Below, one piece after another: positions 48,189-60,704 of a stretch of 64,000 bases of DNA; within the stretch, counting starts at the first letter, position 1, and the number at the start of each line of letters is the position of its first letter. Origin of the DNA: Mobula hypostoma. Taxonomy: Eukaryota. The position numbers were made by a program, and so were the translations under genes. The stretch covers positions 23,932,001 through 23,996,000 of the forward strand of contig NC_086121.1 of assembly GCF_963921235.1 (NCBI RefSeq), given 5' to 3'. The notes under the pieces were generated by a model. The model was not told the DNA's origin, ran no database searches, and saw only the letters and a list, made by a program, of their open reading frames with translations.

Positions 48189-50125
48189 GAAACGAAAATG
48201 GCAAAACTACCTCATTGGAGAGCCCTTCATTACCAGCACCTCATCATCTACATCTTCCTCTTCCTATTACAAGAAGTGACCTATCAGAACTTCCCCAACC
48301 CCAAAATCAGTTGGACCGCTCTTTATCAGTTCCCGCTAGCCTTCCCTCACAAAACCAGAAGAAACTTGAATTTTCAGATGCAAAAAGCTTTCAGATCCCT
48401 GAGCGCATGGAAACCGAGGCAGAAAACCAGAAGCCTTTACAATCATTAGATAATCTGTTGACTTCTCTGTCTCCAGATAGTCTGTCTGCTTCTTCTCAGG
48501 CATCATTAGGAGAAAAGCACATACCCCAACACAAAAACATTTATTGTAGTCCACAGAACAGTCTGAAGCATCCAAGTTCAGATGCTGGCAATGAATTTCT
48601 GCCAAAACGTGTATTGACAGACATGAGTTCACAGAAAACTGGCATGGAAATGTATGATGCACAGGAAGACCAAAGTGAAAGAACAAAAACTCAGCTGGAA
48701 AACCTAAACAAAGAAAGAATGGATTTGGAGGAGCCACTAGTAAGAAAAACTGTAGAGTGTTCTCAATCAGTACAATCAAATACTGATTCTATGTTTGATA
48801 TGATTGTGGATAACACATCAACCCAAGTACCCTCAACTAATGGCTCCCCTAGTAGTAACGAAGTGCAGCAGCCCAGTGAAATTGGAAAGGGAATTGATGA
48901 TCCAGATACCAATCTGCAGCACATCACTGTACCATCTGAAATAGACGTCAGAACAGATGATCCGTGTAGTTGTCAGAAGAAAACTGAGATTGGTGGAAGA
49001 CCATTAAATGATGCTTTAATTGGGAACAATGAGATTTGTGATGCTGGAATGATGTGCTGCACAGAGCAGCAGGTAGAGAATGTGGCATCAACAAATTCAA
49101 ACATCCACAACCAGGAGGAGAAAGCCCTTATTTCTGAAAAGGAACTTGAGAAAAACTGTCCAAACTCCTGTCCACTTGAGGTGGATATACCTGTTGAGTT
49201 TACAAATGATGACACGGAAGAACAGTCTGAAGTTGTTTTTGATGTTGGTAAAAAGCAAGAAGAGATACATTTGTGTACTGAGATTAAAATGTCTTCCGAT
49301 CAGCAGCATCAGACTTCAGAATCCAGTCAGTATGATTCACACCTATCCCCTGTGGCCACTTTATTCGAATTGCATCGTGAATTAGTTTCTTCTTGTCAGG
49401 AAACTTCCTTGCAGGTGTCAGCCAAATTAGACGATCATAATCAGCCAGTCACAACAAATCAGGAAGAACACTTTCAGCAAATGGAGGTCTGTAATGAGTG
49501 CTTAGAGAATGATGCCTTAAATGAGCTATGTCTTAACGCAGAACTGATACCTGAAATGGAAAAGGAGCCAGAGTTGGCAGCTGAATCTGAAACTTCTAAC
49601 AGAGACATACCCATCCACATGACACATGATGAATCTGAGGAAATTTTGATACAGGAAACAAAGGACATGGATGGGGATTTCATTCTTGTGTCGAAACATT
49701 TACCTAATGAAATGGAGGTTTCCCCAAGTGACAAATTGTTGGAGGCCCAAGAATTATCACTACACAATATCAAATATGCATCTGACACTGCAGTAGTTAA
49801 AAGTAGTCAGACATCTCAAAGTACTGAGACGCATTTGGTAACACATAACGTAGGTAGTTGTGCAGAGGTTTCAGGTGCTTCAGTGATGTGTGAAGAGACT
49901 GTGGAAGCCACCATGGATCAACCTGAAAGGCATTCTCTGGATAGTCCTGCTGAACTATGCTCTTCAGATTTGTCAAACCAGCTTTTCCCAGCAGCGAACA
50001 TCGAACGAATAAGAACATCAGGATTTAGTCAGCAGGAAGCAGTGGAAGCTCTTGAACGTTGTCATGGAAACACAGATTTGGCTCTTCTGGTTCTTCTCGC
50101 AAGAGGAATTGTGGTTCCTACGTGA
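48189..50125 (+). CDS. RSC1A1: RSC1A1-like terminal exon: acidic disordered region and C-terminal UBA domain, in frame with DDI2 exon 8
   Basis: Open frame of more than 636 codons ending FPAANIERIRTSGFSQQEAVEALERCHGNTDLALLVLLARGIVVPT*, the RS1-type UBA. Internal ATLFELHRELVSS resembles the RS1 LKELHELL segment. Strong TTTTCTGTTTTTGTTTTAG acceptor ending at 48188. Confidence 0.88.
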
Positions 50126-50154
50126 AGTAGTTCAGTATATAACAGTTGCACAAT

Positions 50155-50160
50155 AATAAA
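50155..50160 (+). terminator. Candidate polyadenylation signal for DDI2/RSC1A1
   Basis: AATAAA 30 nt after the stop. A distal AATAAA lies at 51170. Confidence 0.4.
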
Positions 50161-51469
50161 CTGGTACTGTTTAGACATCTGGGCTGACAAATGTGTGCAT
50201 CTTTAATTGAAAGAAAGGAAGTTTAAATCAGAGTTCACTTTTTTAGTATTGTGTAACTGGTTTTAACAATTGATTATCATCACATACAGCAAACTTGTTA
50301 CATTACGGCAGCATTTTCTGTGCCATCCTGAAGTTATTAATCCACTCCAGCATATCCACAGGTACCCATAAACCCAAACAACACACCTATTTAAATATTG
50401 TACCTAATGCTACTTAGAATTAAAAATGCCTATGATATTTTTCACTGAATATTCTCAAAGATGGTTTGCAACAGCAAGACAAAGGACATAAGCGGTGGGC
50501 TTAAATTCTTGGGAGATGATATATGCACAAGATTCATGGTGGAATCATGTTAGATTTTAAACTATGTGCAAGGTCAGAAAATGCCTACATAAGATTTGAG
50601 TTTTGGTGTTTGATTTAAGTATAGGGAGAAGTGAAAAAATTCTATCATGTTTCCTCCATAGAAGTTCAATGTACTTTGCCTTCTGAGTACAGAGTTTTTT
50701 AGAATTCTTTTACTCTTTTATAGCCTTTATCAAATCTGAGTCAGCAACACCACCTTTGCTGGACATTGGTCTTGTGTAACTGAGGCATATTCAGTATTCA
50801 CACTTGGCTAAAGTTATATTTTGGATTTTTTTGTTAGGCGCCACTAGTGATGTTGCTGTAATCTTCAATGGGTGCTTATTGCAATCTCTAATCTTTTTTT
50901 TAAACCAAATAAAAAAAATTATTGCCAACAATATTGGTTTGTTTGTGCTGATGATCATACTTATGAAGATATGTGATAAAGGCTCGAAATTTGAACTGTT
51001 CCTGTTTCTTACCTCTGATAGCTGATTTCAGCTAAAGTGCCAATACTAGTCGTTAAGCCATTAGGAACAGTGCAAGAAGACGATCTTTATTCCATGCTGG
51101 GCATGTACAGTAAATGTCTGAAGCTGTTCAGCTGTCCTCAGTATAATGTTTTCTTTTTAAAAAATATTAAATAAACTTCTTTTGTCATTTGCATTCTTCA
51201 CATGTTGACCTGTACAAGTGGAACTTATTAATGAGCTACTCCCATTGGTGATGTTCTCTTTTGAGAGCTGGTGCAGTCTAGTTTCCGACGGGTATAGACA
51301 GGTGCTGTTGGTTATCAGTTTCCAGAATTTCTGTCTAGCACTGATGAAAGACAGATGATATACTTCCAAGTCAGAATTGTGTGCAACTTGGCAGACAACC
51401 TGCAGTTGGTGACGTTCCCATCTATTTGTTCCCTTGTCCTCCTTGATGGTATAGGTCATGTTTGAGATA

Positions 51470-52020
51470 TGTTAGAACATAGAACAGGAACAGGCCCTTC
51501 AGCCCACAAAGATGTTTCAAACCAGCTAAAAAGTAAATTTTTTAAAAACTCCAAAAAAACACACCGAATCCCTCCTACTACACAATGCCCATATCCGTCC
51601 ATCTTCCTCATATTCATGTGCCTATCTAAACGTCTCTTGAAAGCCTCTAATGTATTTGCCTCTGTCACCATATCAGTGCAGCGCATTCTGGGCATCTGCC
51701 ACTCTCTGTGTGGAAAACTTACTCCTCACGTCCCTTTTGAACCTACCCCTCTCACCTTCAAGGCATGTCCTCTGGTGTTAGACAATTCCAATCTGGGAAA
51801 AAGATGCTCCCTGTCTGTCTACGCCTCTCTTGATCATATAAGCCTCTGATCAGATCTCCCCTCAGCCTCCTCCACCCCAGAGAAAACGGCCCAGGTTTGT
51901 CCAGCCTCTCATGATAGCACATGCCTTCTAAGCCAGGCAGCATCCTGGTAAACCTCTCCAAAGCCTCAACATCCTTCCCAGAGTGGGGCTACCAGAACTG
52001 TATGCAATACTCCAGAATTG
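51470..52020 (-). mobile_element. CR1 LINE 3' fragment
   Basis: ERFTRMLPGLEG...RRLRGDLI and LEAFKRRLDRHM. Tail at about 51472-51490. Confidence 0.8.
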
Positions 52021-53219
52021 GTTTATCAGAGAGCTTGTGTGAGTAACTGCAGAGCACTTCATAAACGGTACACAATGCAATCTCTGTACCAAGTGGGAGA
52101 AGGAATTGATGTTTGAGAGTGGTTGATGGGATGCCAGGTAAGTGTGCTGCCTTGTCCTAGATGGTGTTGAACTTCTTGAGAATTGTCGGATCTATGCTCA
52201 CTCAGGTAAAGGGGGAGAGTATTTCATCAGAATTCTGAGGAGTAGCGTCACTTGCTGTAGGATACCCAGCTTCTTGCCTGCTGATATGACCACAGTATTT
52301 CTGCTGCTTGTCCGGCTGAGTTTCTGGTCATGGGTGATGCCCAGGATACTGATAATTGCTAATAATCATGTCATTGAATGTCTTAATTAAGGTGGCCAAT
52401 GTCTGACACATTTATGGTGCAAATATTACTTCACTTAAAAGCCAATGTAAAAACATTGTCTTGGTCTTGCCGAGAAATTGTACTATTTGTGAACAAGGCC
52501 CAAACAATCTTTCACATTATTAGTTGGATACCAGTGATGTAACTACTGGAACAGCTTGGCCAGGTACCAGCTGGTTCAAGAGCACAGATCTTTATTCCAG
52601 AGGTCCCGTGTTGTTTCATATCATACCTTTTGCTGCATCTGGTACTCAGCCATTGCTTGAAATCATTTGGATGGAATTGGATTGGCTGCGGTGTATGATG
52701 ATGCTGATCTCAGAAGGAAGCCGATGTAGATCACGTGGTTGCCGCTGTTTCAGCCTCCCCTCTGCCATTTATATGATAAGCCTTGCTATTACTGAGGATA
52801 GGGATGTTTTTTGGAGCTAGGGTCAGTAAAATAGGCTCCAGGTTCAATCACCACTCACAACACGCTGGAGGAACTTAGCAGATCGGGCACCATCCGTAGA
52901 AACGAACAATCAAAGTTTCGAACCGAGACGTTTCAGTCCTGACGAAGGGTCACGGCCCGAAACATTGACTGTTCGTTTCCACGGATGCTGCCCGACCTGC
53001 TGAGTTCCTCCAGCGGGTTGTGCGTGTTGATTTGACCCCAGCATCTGCAGAGTATTTGTGTTTAAGGTTCAATTACCAGTTTCCGCTCAGTTTGTTGATC
53101 ACAATTTAGGCAAAATTTTGGGTAGTCAGCTTCAAGAAAGCAGCTGCTCATTTTCAGTAACACACATCAAAGTTGCTGGTGAACGCAGCAGGCCAGGCAG
53201 CAGCTCCAGGAAGAGGTAC

Positions 53220-53255
53220 AGTCGACGTTTCGGGCCGAGACCCTTCGTCAGGACT
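53220..53255 (-). ncRNA. Minimal type I hammerhead ribozyme motif
   Basis: Reverse complement reads AGUC CUGACGA A GGGUCUCGGCCC GAAAC GUC GACU. Confidence 0.65.
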
Positions 53256-53949
53256 AACTGAAGGAAGAGCTAGTAAGAGATTTGAAAGTGGGAGGGGGAG
53301 GGGGAGATCCAAAATGATAGGAGAAGACAGGAGGGAGAGGGATGGAGCCAAGAGCTGGACAGGTGATTGGCAAAAGGGATATGAGAGGATCATGGGACAG
53401 GTGGCCCAGGGAGAAGGAAAAGGGGGAGGGGGAAAACCCCAGATGGCAAGGGGTATAGTGAGAGGGACAGAGGGAGAAGGAGAGAGGAAAAAAAGTAATT
53501 ATAAATAAATAACGGATGGGGTAAGAAGGGGAGGTGGGGCATTAACGGAAGTTGGAGAAGTCAATGTTCATGCCATCAGGTTGGAGGCTACCCAGACGGA
53601 ATATAAGGTGTTCCTCCAACCTGAGTGTAGCTTCATCTTGACAATAGAGGAGGCCGTGGATAGACATATCAGAATGGGAATGGAACGTGGAATTATTATA
53701 TATATACTTCTTTTTCCCTCTCTCCTTTTCTCCCTCTGTTCCTCTGACTATACCCGTTGCCCATCCTCTGGGCTTCCCCCTCCCTTTTCTTTTTCCCTAG
53801 GCCTCCTGTCCCATGATCCTCTCATACCCCTTTTGCCAATCACCTGTCCAGCTCTTGGCTCCATCCCTCCCCCTGCTGTCTTCTCCTATCATTTCGGATC
53901 TCCTCTCCCCCTCCAACTTTCAAATCTCTTACTAGCTCTTCCTTCAGTT

Positions 53950-53985
53950 AGTCCTGACGAAGGGTCTCGGCCCGAAACGTCGACT
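53950..53985 (+). ncRNA. Minimal type I hammerhead ribozyme motif
   Basis: AGTC CTGACGA A GGGTCTCGGCCC GAAAC GTC GACT, with an intact core. Confidence 0.65.
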
Positions 53986-54978
53986 GTACCTCTTCCTGGA
54001 GCTGCTGCCTGGCCTGCTGCGTTCACTAGCAATTTTTATATGTGTTGCTTGAAATAACAGCATCTGCAGATTTCCTCGTGTTTGCTTATTTTCAGTGTCC
54101 GTTGGCCCATGTTAAGAAGCGTGGAGGTCAAAATGAGATTATTTTAGTCACAGGTCTGGACACACCATCTCACCATATGAATTTGCATGAAACACCACAG
54201 GATACCCTGGAATCTGCATTCCAGCAATTATTTTTCACAATCATTCATTTAGATCCCTTGCATTCACCTGAACAAGCCAAAAGGCTGGATCTCATTTTCT
54301 TTCTGATGTAGGTTATTGCTGTTGAGACATCATTCAGGAAGAGCCCCTTCCCCATAGAAAAGAAAATATACGGTGGTTCATTTTCCACACCTAATTTGGA
54401 AACGATCGTGCGGAAACAAATTGAAGTATATTAACTTAGATAAATGTAAGACGCAAAAGATTGCAGACACCAGAACCTGGAGCAATACGCAAAATCCTGG
54501 AGGAACTCCACGAGTCAAGTAGCATCTATGGAGGGAAGTGGACAGTTGATGTTTCGGATCGAGACTGCAAATGAATGGATTTGATCCAAAGTGCTGCCCT
54601 TCAACGGTTATATTTCATTAGAGCTTTGAGGAGATTTGGTATGTCACCAAAGACTAGCAAATTTCTACAAATGTTCTGTGGAGAGGTTCTAGCTGGTTGC
54701 ATTACTGTCTGGTGTGAGGGGGCTACTGCACAGGATCGGGAAGTGCTGCGGAGGGTTGTAAACTTAGCCAGCTCTATCACCTCGCCAGCATTGAAAAGGC
54801 GATGCCTCTAAAAGGTAGAATCCATCATTAAGCACCCCAATACCCAAAACATGCCCTTTTCTCATTGGTACCATTCAGCGTTTTCGGAACTGTTTCTCCT
54901 TCATCAGATTTCTGAATGGACAATGAACACTACCTCACAATTTCGCCCACTATTTTTGCACTACTTATTTAATTTAAT

Positions 54979-54990
54979 TATATATCTATC

Positions 54991-55069
<79 letters not shown>
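54979..55069. repeat. Compound microsatellite (TATC)n(TA)n(GA)n
   Basis: Directly visible, inside a LINE 3' tail (LINE fragment at about 54590-55170). Confidence 0.95.
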
Positions 55070-55070
<1 letters not shown>

Positions 55071-55959
55071 AATGATTGTATCTTATAGTTTTTAAAAAAT
55101 AGTATTACTCTGTAATTCTGCCACAAAATAAAATTCAAGGCATATGCCGATATTAAACTTGATTCTGGTATTAAATCTGATCATGATCTCCCTATTTGTC
55201 ATCTTGTATCATCAATGTGCAAATCAATTATTATAGTCTTCAACAACGAAACGAACTTGAGGACCGGAGCAGTGACCACACTTGTTCTGTTTTCTCCCTG
55301 CCAAATGGTGGCTGGCCCAAGTTACGACTATGTGAGAGATAAACGTGTTTTTAGATTGGAAATACCTAGCAATCCAACTTTCATTCCCTTCCCCTTTCCC
55401 CCTGAAATCTCCATCCTTAGTCACCCGCATCAAACCAAACTGAGTCTGGCATAAGGCTCGATTTCTTCTTCCAACATCAGACTTTTGGACTCAACAATCA
55501 ATTAACTGATTTCATTTAGTCAGCAGTTCCAACACAGTTATCTCAGATTTCCAGCGTTCAATTCACACATCTCAGCTAATTTAAGATATTTTTCTGCCCC
55601 ACCCCCAGTTACAAACCGATTTTTCTTGCACCTAGATATTATGTCATTTAACGTCAGACGTATTTGCATCATTGACCCTTTGTCTTTTATTGCCAATGTT
55701 TCTCTGTTCACACTGAACTGTTAAATTTCTTTCTCTCTGCGGGTTCCAGCATTTTTAGTTTTTGTTTCAGATTTCCATAATTTTTTTTAATAACAGTGAT
55801 CGAATTGCTTAAAGACCCTTCAACATGGTGACGGGTGTCAGCACTTAATGAACAAAGTATATGAAGGATCACAGCTTGAGTAAAAGTGACTCGAGTGATG
55901 ACAACGTAATAATGAAGACGAAGTGACTGGAGTTAATGGGATGTGACACCAGGTCACTG

Positions 55960-56252
55960 GAGAGGAGCGGCTCTCGCAGCGAGTTGGCAAGGCTGGGTCC
56001 AAGCTCTGCGTGGCGCGGCCGCCAGGTGGGGTACGTGGGCGCGCGGCTGTGACGTCCTCCGCTGCGTGCGCGCCGCCGCGGCGCTGCTGCTTCTGGCGGA
56101 AGATGGCGGATCTCGGAGAGTGAGAGCGGGAGTCGCCGGGAGGCCAGCGGCGGAAACACGGAAGCGCCGAAGGGGCACGGCAGCTATCGGAAGCAGCGAC
56201 CCTTAGCGCGCTCAACAGCCGGCGCCAGGGGGAGGGGGAGCGAGCTCGGCCG
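55960..56252 (+). promoter_or_regulatory. FBXO42: FBXO42 CpG-island promoter and non-coding exon 1
   Basis: CpG island with a CRE-like TGACGTC (56050), YY1 motif AAGATGGCGG (56100) and donor CCG|GTGAGT after 56252. The next coding exon is FBXO42. Confidence 0.65.
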
Positions 56253-59200
56253 GTGAGTGTTGTTTGTGGGGGGGGGGGTTGGTGGTGGTGGAGGAGGAGG
56301 AGGAGGAGGAGGAGAGGGAGGTGGTGGGAGGCCGGAGCCCCAGGGCTTGGGTAAATCTCAGCCAGGGAATGAGTGCCAGCAGCCCCTCTCCTTCCCCGGG
56401 GCTGCGGGCAGTGCGTAGCGCCCACTTCGGGCTGTGCGTCCGGCAAGGATGAAGCAACGTCTGTGCAGCCAGCTCTGAACAGGGATGTTCAGCAGGTTGC
56501 TCGCTGCGGGTTGTGGCTGCTCTGGGCCGGTATCTGGCCCTTTGTACTGGAAAGCCTCCGAGCCCAGTTAGTGGAGTTGGCCACATGCCAGTGGCAGCCA
56601 TGTACGGCCTGGGTCCAGGGTCAGATGCAAACCCTTCAAAGTTCACCTTTATTGAGATCTACTTTATCCCTATTATCGAGACATAGAGCTGAATGTAGAA
56701 CCACCGGCTATGGCATTAAAGAAGGCAATATCAGTATATCCTACGGTATGGGTTAAGAAAAGATGACATAGTTCATTGAATCCTATAAAGTTGATTTATT
56801 AATACCAATGCCCTTATCTATCCCATATTGTTAAGGGAGAAGAGTGAAATGGCACCTGCACCCTAGAGAATGAATAAGTGGGAGTGTTTTGGGTGTAAAT
56901 TCAACTTGATGGCATATTTCTGAATCTCAAAGCATTAATAATGAATAACAATGAACAACTTGTACCCATAATGTGGTAAAGAAGTATGTATAGTATGTAA
57001 AGTAAGTCTCATATGTACAGTGAGATTATCAGTGAGAAATTGTCAAGTGGTGGTGATGAGATGTTGGGTCTTTATTTTGATCCTGTTTCTGAATAATAAA
57101 GACTTTCATAAAATTCTGTTCCTTTTCCTGTAAATATCTGCAAAACATCTCAAGGTAGTAGATGTATTTTGGTAAATTTGCTTTGAAGTTTTCACTTTTA
57201 AAGATGACGAGGATTTTCCTCCCAATTTAACCTGAAACAATCTTAGTGAATGGTTAAATTGCATGAATTTTTAGCAAAGAAGCGGAATCAGTCCTGTACA
57301 AGTGGTTTATATTAAATAGCTGGATCCTGTAAAAAAAATTGCAAAGGAATTGTAAATTGAGCAAAAGTATAGCTATTCAGTTGTTCTACAAAACAGCTCT
57401 GTATTTTGTTATTAAAAAAAAATGCATGGACGACTTGAAATGAGGAGCAAGGATTAATTTGAATCAGCCAGAACAGTATCATTTGGGTGTCAGCTATTGC
57501 TATCGATGGATTGTTGTTGGAACTGAGTCTGTACCTTGTAAGGTGTAATTATTGAAGCGGCTGTACTTGGCAGTGCTTTTACAATGGTAGTGTATAATAA
57601 TGGGTGTGTGAATTGTTTGTTTAAAAAGGGAGAAGGTTTAAAGTAGATTTAGGAGGGAAACCTTATCTTTCTGAAAGTGGTAGGTGCTTGAAAGATCAGA
57701 TGAAGTGGTGGCAGCAGATAAAATAGGAGCATTTAATACATGGATTCCCAACCTTTTTTATGTCCTGCACCCCTAGGGATATAGACATCGGCAGGCAGAT
57801 GGGATTAGTTTGAATTGGCATCATATTTGGCGCAGGCTTTTTCCTGTCCTATGTTCCTTATTCTAAATCATGAACAACATTCAGCCATTTTCCATTGTGC
57901 ACTTTGGAGGTTTGTAAAACCAAGTTGATATTTTGACTGCTCTAGGTCTCCCTCTGACTCTGGATGTTGCTTAGTTTAAGTCATGAAATAAGTAGCTTGT
58001 ACTGTGCATTGTGGCTGGCCGGTGGTGTAGTGGCATCAGCACCCGGGTTTGAATCCAGCCTGCTCCTTGCATGCTTTCCATCTGTGCTGCGTTGAGCATC
58101 ACACTAGCAACTTGGCCTCGTTTAAAAAAAAGACCGAAAAATGTTAAAGAACCGGCAAGTTGTCACCCGATGCCCCACAAGGAGTGGAGAGGAATAACAC
58201 TGCATTATACATCAAAGTATTTGACATTTCATAGTATATTCTGTTACATCACACTGTTCAATCTCCAGAAACTTCAGGTGTGAAATAACCAAAAGGGTAT
58301 TGGAGTGTTACCCTTCATTTTAAAGAGATTGGAATTTGGAAATGAGGATCTAATTTTACAGCTCTAGAAGACCTTGGTTGGACCTTAGAAAGCTCTAATT
58401 GGCTTTGAAAAGAATACATTACAGATTTGCCAGAAATATGCCAGGAATTAAATGGAGATATTTCATATAAACTTACTGTTCTCTTGAGCTTAGAATGTTG
58501 AGAGGTAACCTAACTATACTTTATTGTTGCCAAACAATTGATACTAGAATGTACAATCATCACAGCGATATTCGATTCTGCACTTCACGCTCCCTGGAGT
58601 ACAAATCGATAGTAAATATTAAAAATATAAATTATAAATCATAAACAGAAAAGGGAAAGTAAGGTAGTGCAAAAAAACCGAGGTCCGAATATTTGGATGG
58701 TATGGCCCAGATCTGAGTCCGGATCCGTTCAGCAATCTTATCATTCCCATATTTAAAACGTTAAAATGGAGCAGATTCAGTCAAATTGTTTCTTCTGGTA
58801 GAGGAATGCAGAACAAGAAGGAACAATTTTGATATTAGAGCTTGAACATTTAAGGATGAAGTCAGGAGGTTCTATTCCCACAAAGGATACTGGAAGTTTG
58901 GTGTAGTATTCCTCTTCCCCTCCCACCTTACCATCCCATCAAAAAAAGATACTCTGAAGGTTTAGACTATTGTTAAGGTAGCCTTTCGATGAATGAGTAG
59001 GTAAGTAATCTAAGGAACTGATTGGTTAAAGTGTATTGAATGGTGGAAAAAGCTTGAGGGGACTTTATCTCTGACTTGATGTTATTCCTATCTAGTTGTT
59101 CATTTTAGAACACTAGAAGATAGAGCACTACAGCACAGTTCAGGCCCTTCGACCCACGATGTTGTGCTGATCAAACACAAACCTATATGCTCAGAAGGGT

Positions 59201-60704
59201 TGCAATAAGTTTTATTTAAACTGTTGTGTGCTAACTTAAAGGGATCTAAACCTTCTTCCAAATAACCCCAGTAAGTAAAACTTCAGAGGAACGTCAATCA
59301 AAACTCTCTTAATTTGTTGTATTGGAATAGCTGCAAGTTGCAATCAGAAAATCCTTTGAAGAAGTGATTCGTTTGGTTTCTGGTTATGAATGTCATCTGT
59401 GTAATAGGCTGGGTTGATTGTAAGGATGCTAAGAGACAGTTATAGAGCCTGAGCAATACAGCATAGAAACAGGCCCTTCAGCTCAGCGAGTCAGTGTCAA
59501 CCATAACTCATTGTTACACTAATCATTTCCTAACCCATTCTAGTCTCCTCCCATTCGCATGAGCTCCCTTTCCCTACACCCAACTACCAGACTTCCCCAC
59601 CACTCATCTTCCACAATGGAAGCACTTTACAGTCAGCAGTTAACCTATCAACCCTTTAAAGTTCAGACCATAGCCCATCAAGTCTGTTTTCCCAGTTGAT
59701 CATAACTGATTTATTTTCCTCCTTAACCCCACTCTCCTTCCTATAACCTCTGACTTAAATATATCCAATGACTTTTTTTTGCCGTTTGCGCGATTTGTTC
59801 CTTTTTTGCGCATTGGGGCTTTGATGTTTTTCTTTAAGCTGATTCCATGGTTTCTTTTGTTTCATGGGCATCTGTGGGAAGACGAATCTTAGCGTTGTAT
59901 ACTGCATACATTTTTTGATAATAAATGTACTTTGAATCCTTGAATCTACAAGTCATTTCAGTCATCCATTTGATAATATGGCCGCTGAAAAGATATATAT
60001 ATAGGCCTACAGTCACTGCTTTATGTAATTAAAATGAAGGAAAAAAGAAGTTGAAGAATGACTTTTATAAATTAACACAAAATACAATTTGTGCTCTTTT
60101 CCTTGTGTCTTTGAGAGCTGGAAAGGTGTTGGTATTCAAAAGGAGCTGGGTCTCTCTGAACATGAGCTGTTGAAAGTTAAATGTGGGTTCAGTAAGCAAG
60201 TGATATGTTGACTTTCGTTGGAAGATTATTTGAGTGCAAAACAACTCTTGCCCCAACTATACTGAGCCTTGGTCAGGTGTCATCTGAAGTATTGCGTATC
60301 ATCTGGTTTCCCTACCAAATGAAGGATATACCTGTGATAGAGTGCACCATTGCTTTGTGAGATAGTGGTGTTGTTATACGAGGTGAGATTAAGCAGATTA
60401 GATATATATTCCTGAGGTTAGAAGAATCAGTAGTGATCTCATTGAAACATACAGAGTTCTTAAGGGGCTTGAAGGGTTAGAAGCAGAATTTTGAAGTTTC
60501 TTTTAGTGGAAGTGTCTAGAAGCAGTGGTTACTGTTTCATTGTGAGGAGCTGGCCATTCAGAAAGAACGGTTCTTCAGCTTTAATGTGGTGAATCTTTTA
60601 GAATTCCCTCTCTAGGAGGGTTGGAAATGCTGAACAGGTTAGTATATTTTTAGATATTAAAGGAATTGAGGAATATCGGGTTAGTGCATGGAAGTGAAAA
60701 ACAA

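Larger units (their letters stand above)
53159..54082. mobile_element. Young Penelope-like insertion of two inverted 3' ends
   Basis: Long near-identical inverted arms, each ending in a pLTR. Flanked by TGCT(C/T)ATTTTCAGT (53145-53158 and 54083-54096). A smaller foldback pLTR pair lies at about 52855-53060. Confidence 0.8.

Noticed and set aside
48336-50018. Antisense and alternate-frame ORFs over the RSC1A1 exon
   Set aside because: Shadow ORFs of a long coding exon, with no independent signals.
55838-56756. Several 100-200-aa ORFs on both strands
   Set aside because: Stop-poor GC-rich CpG island and a (GAG)n tract; no recognisable domain.
58015-58065. tRNA gene
   Set aside because: A/B-box-like head without a full cloverleaf, continuing into a SINE body; this is a tRNA-derived SINE.
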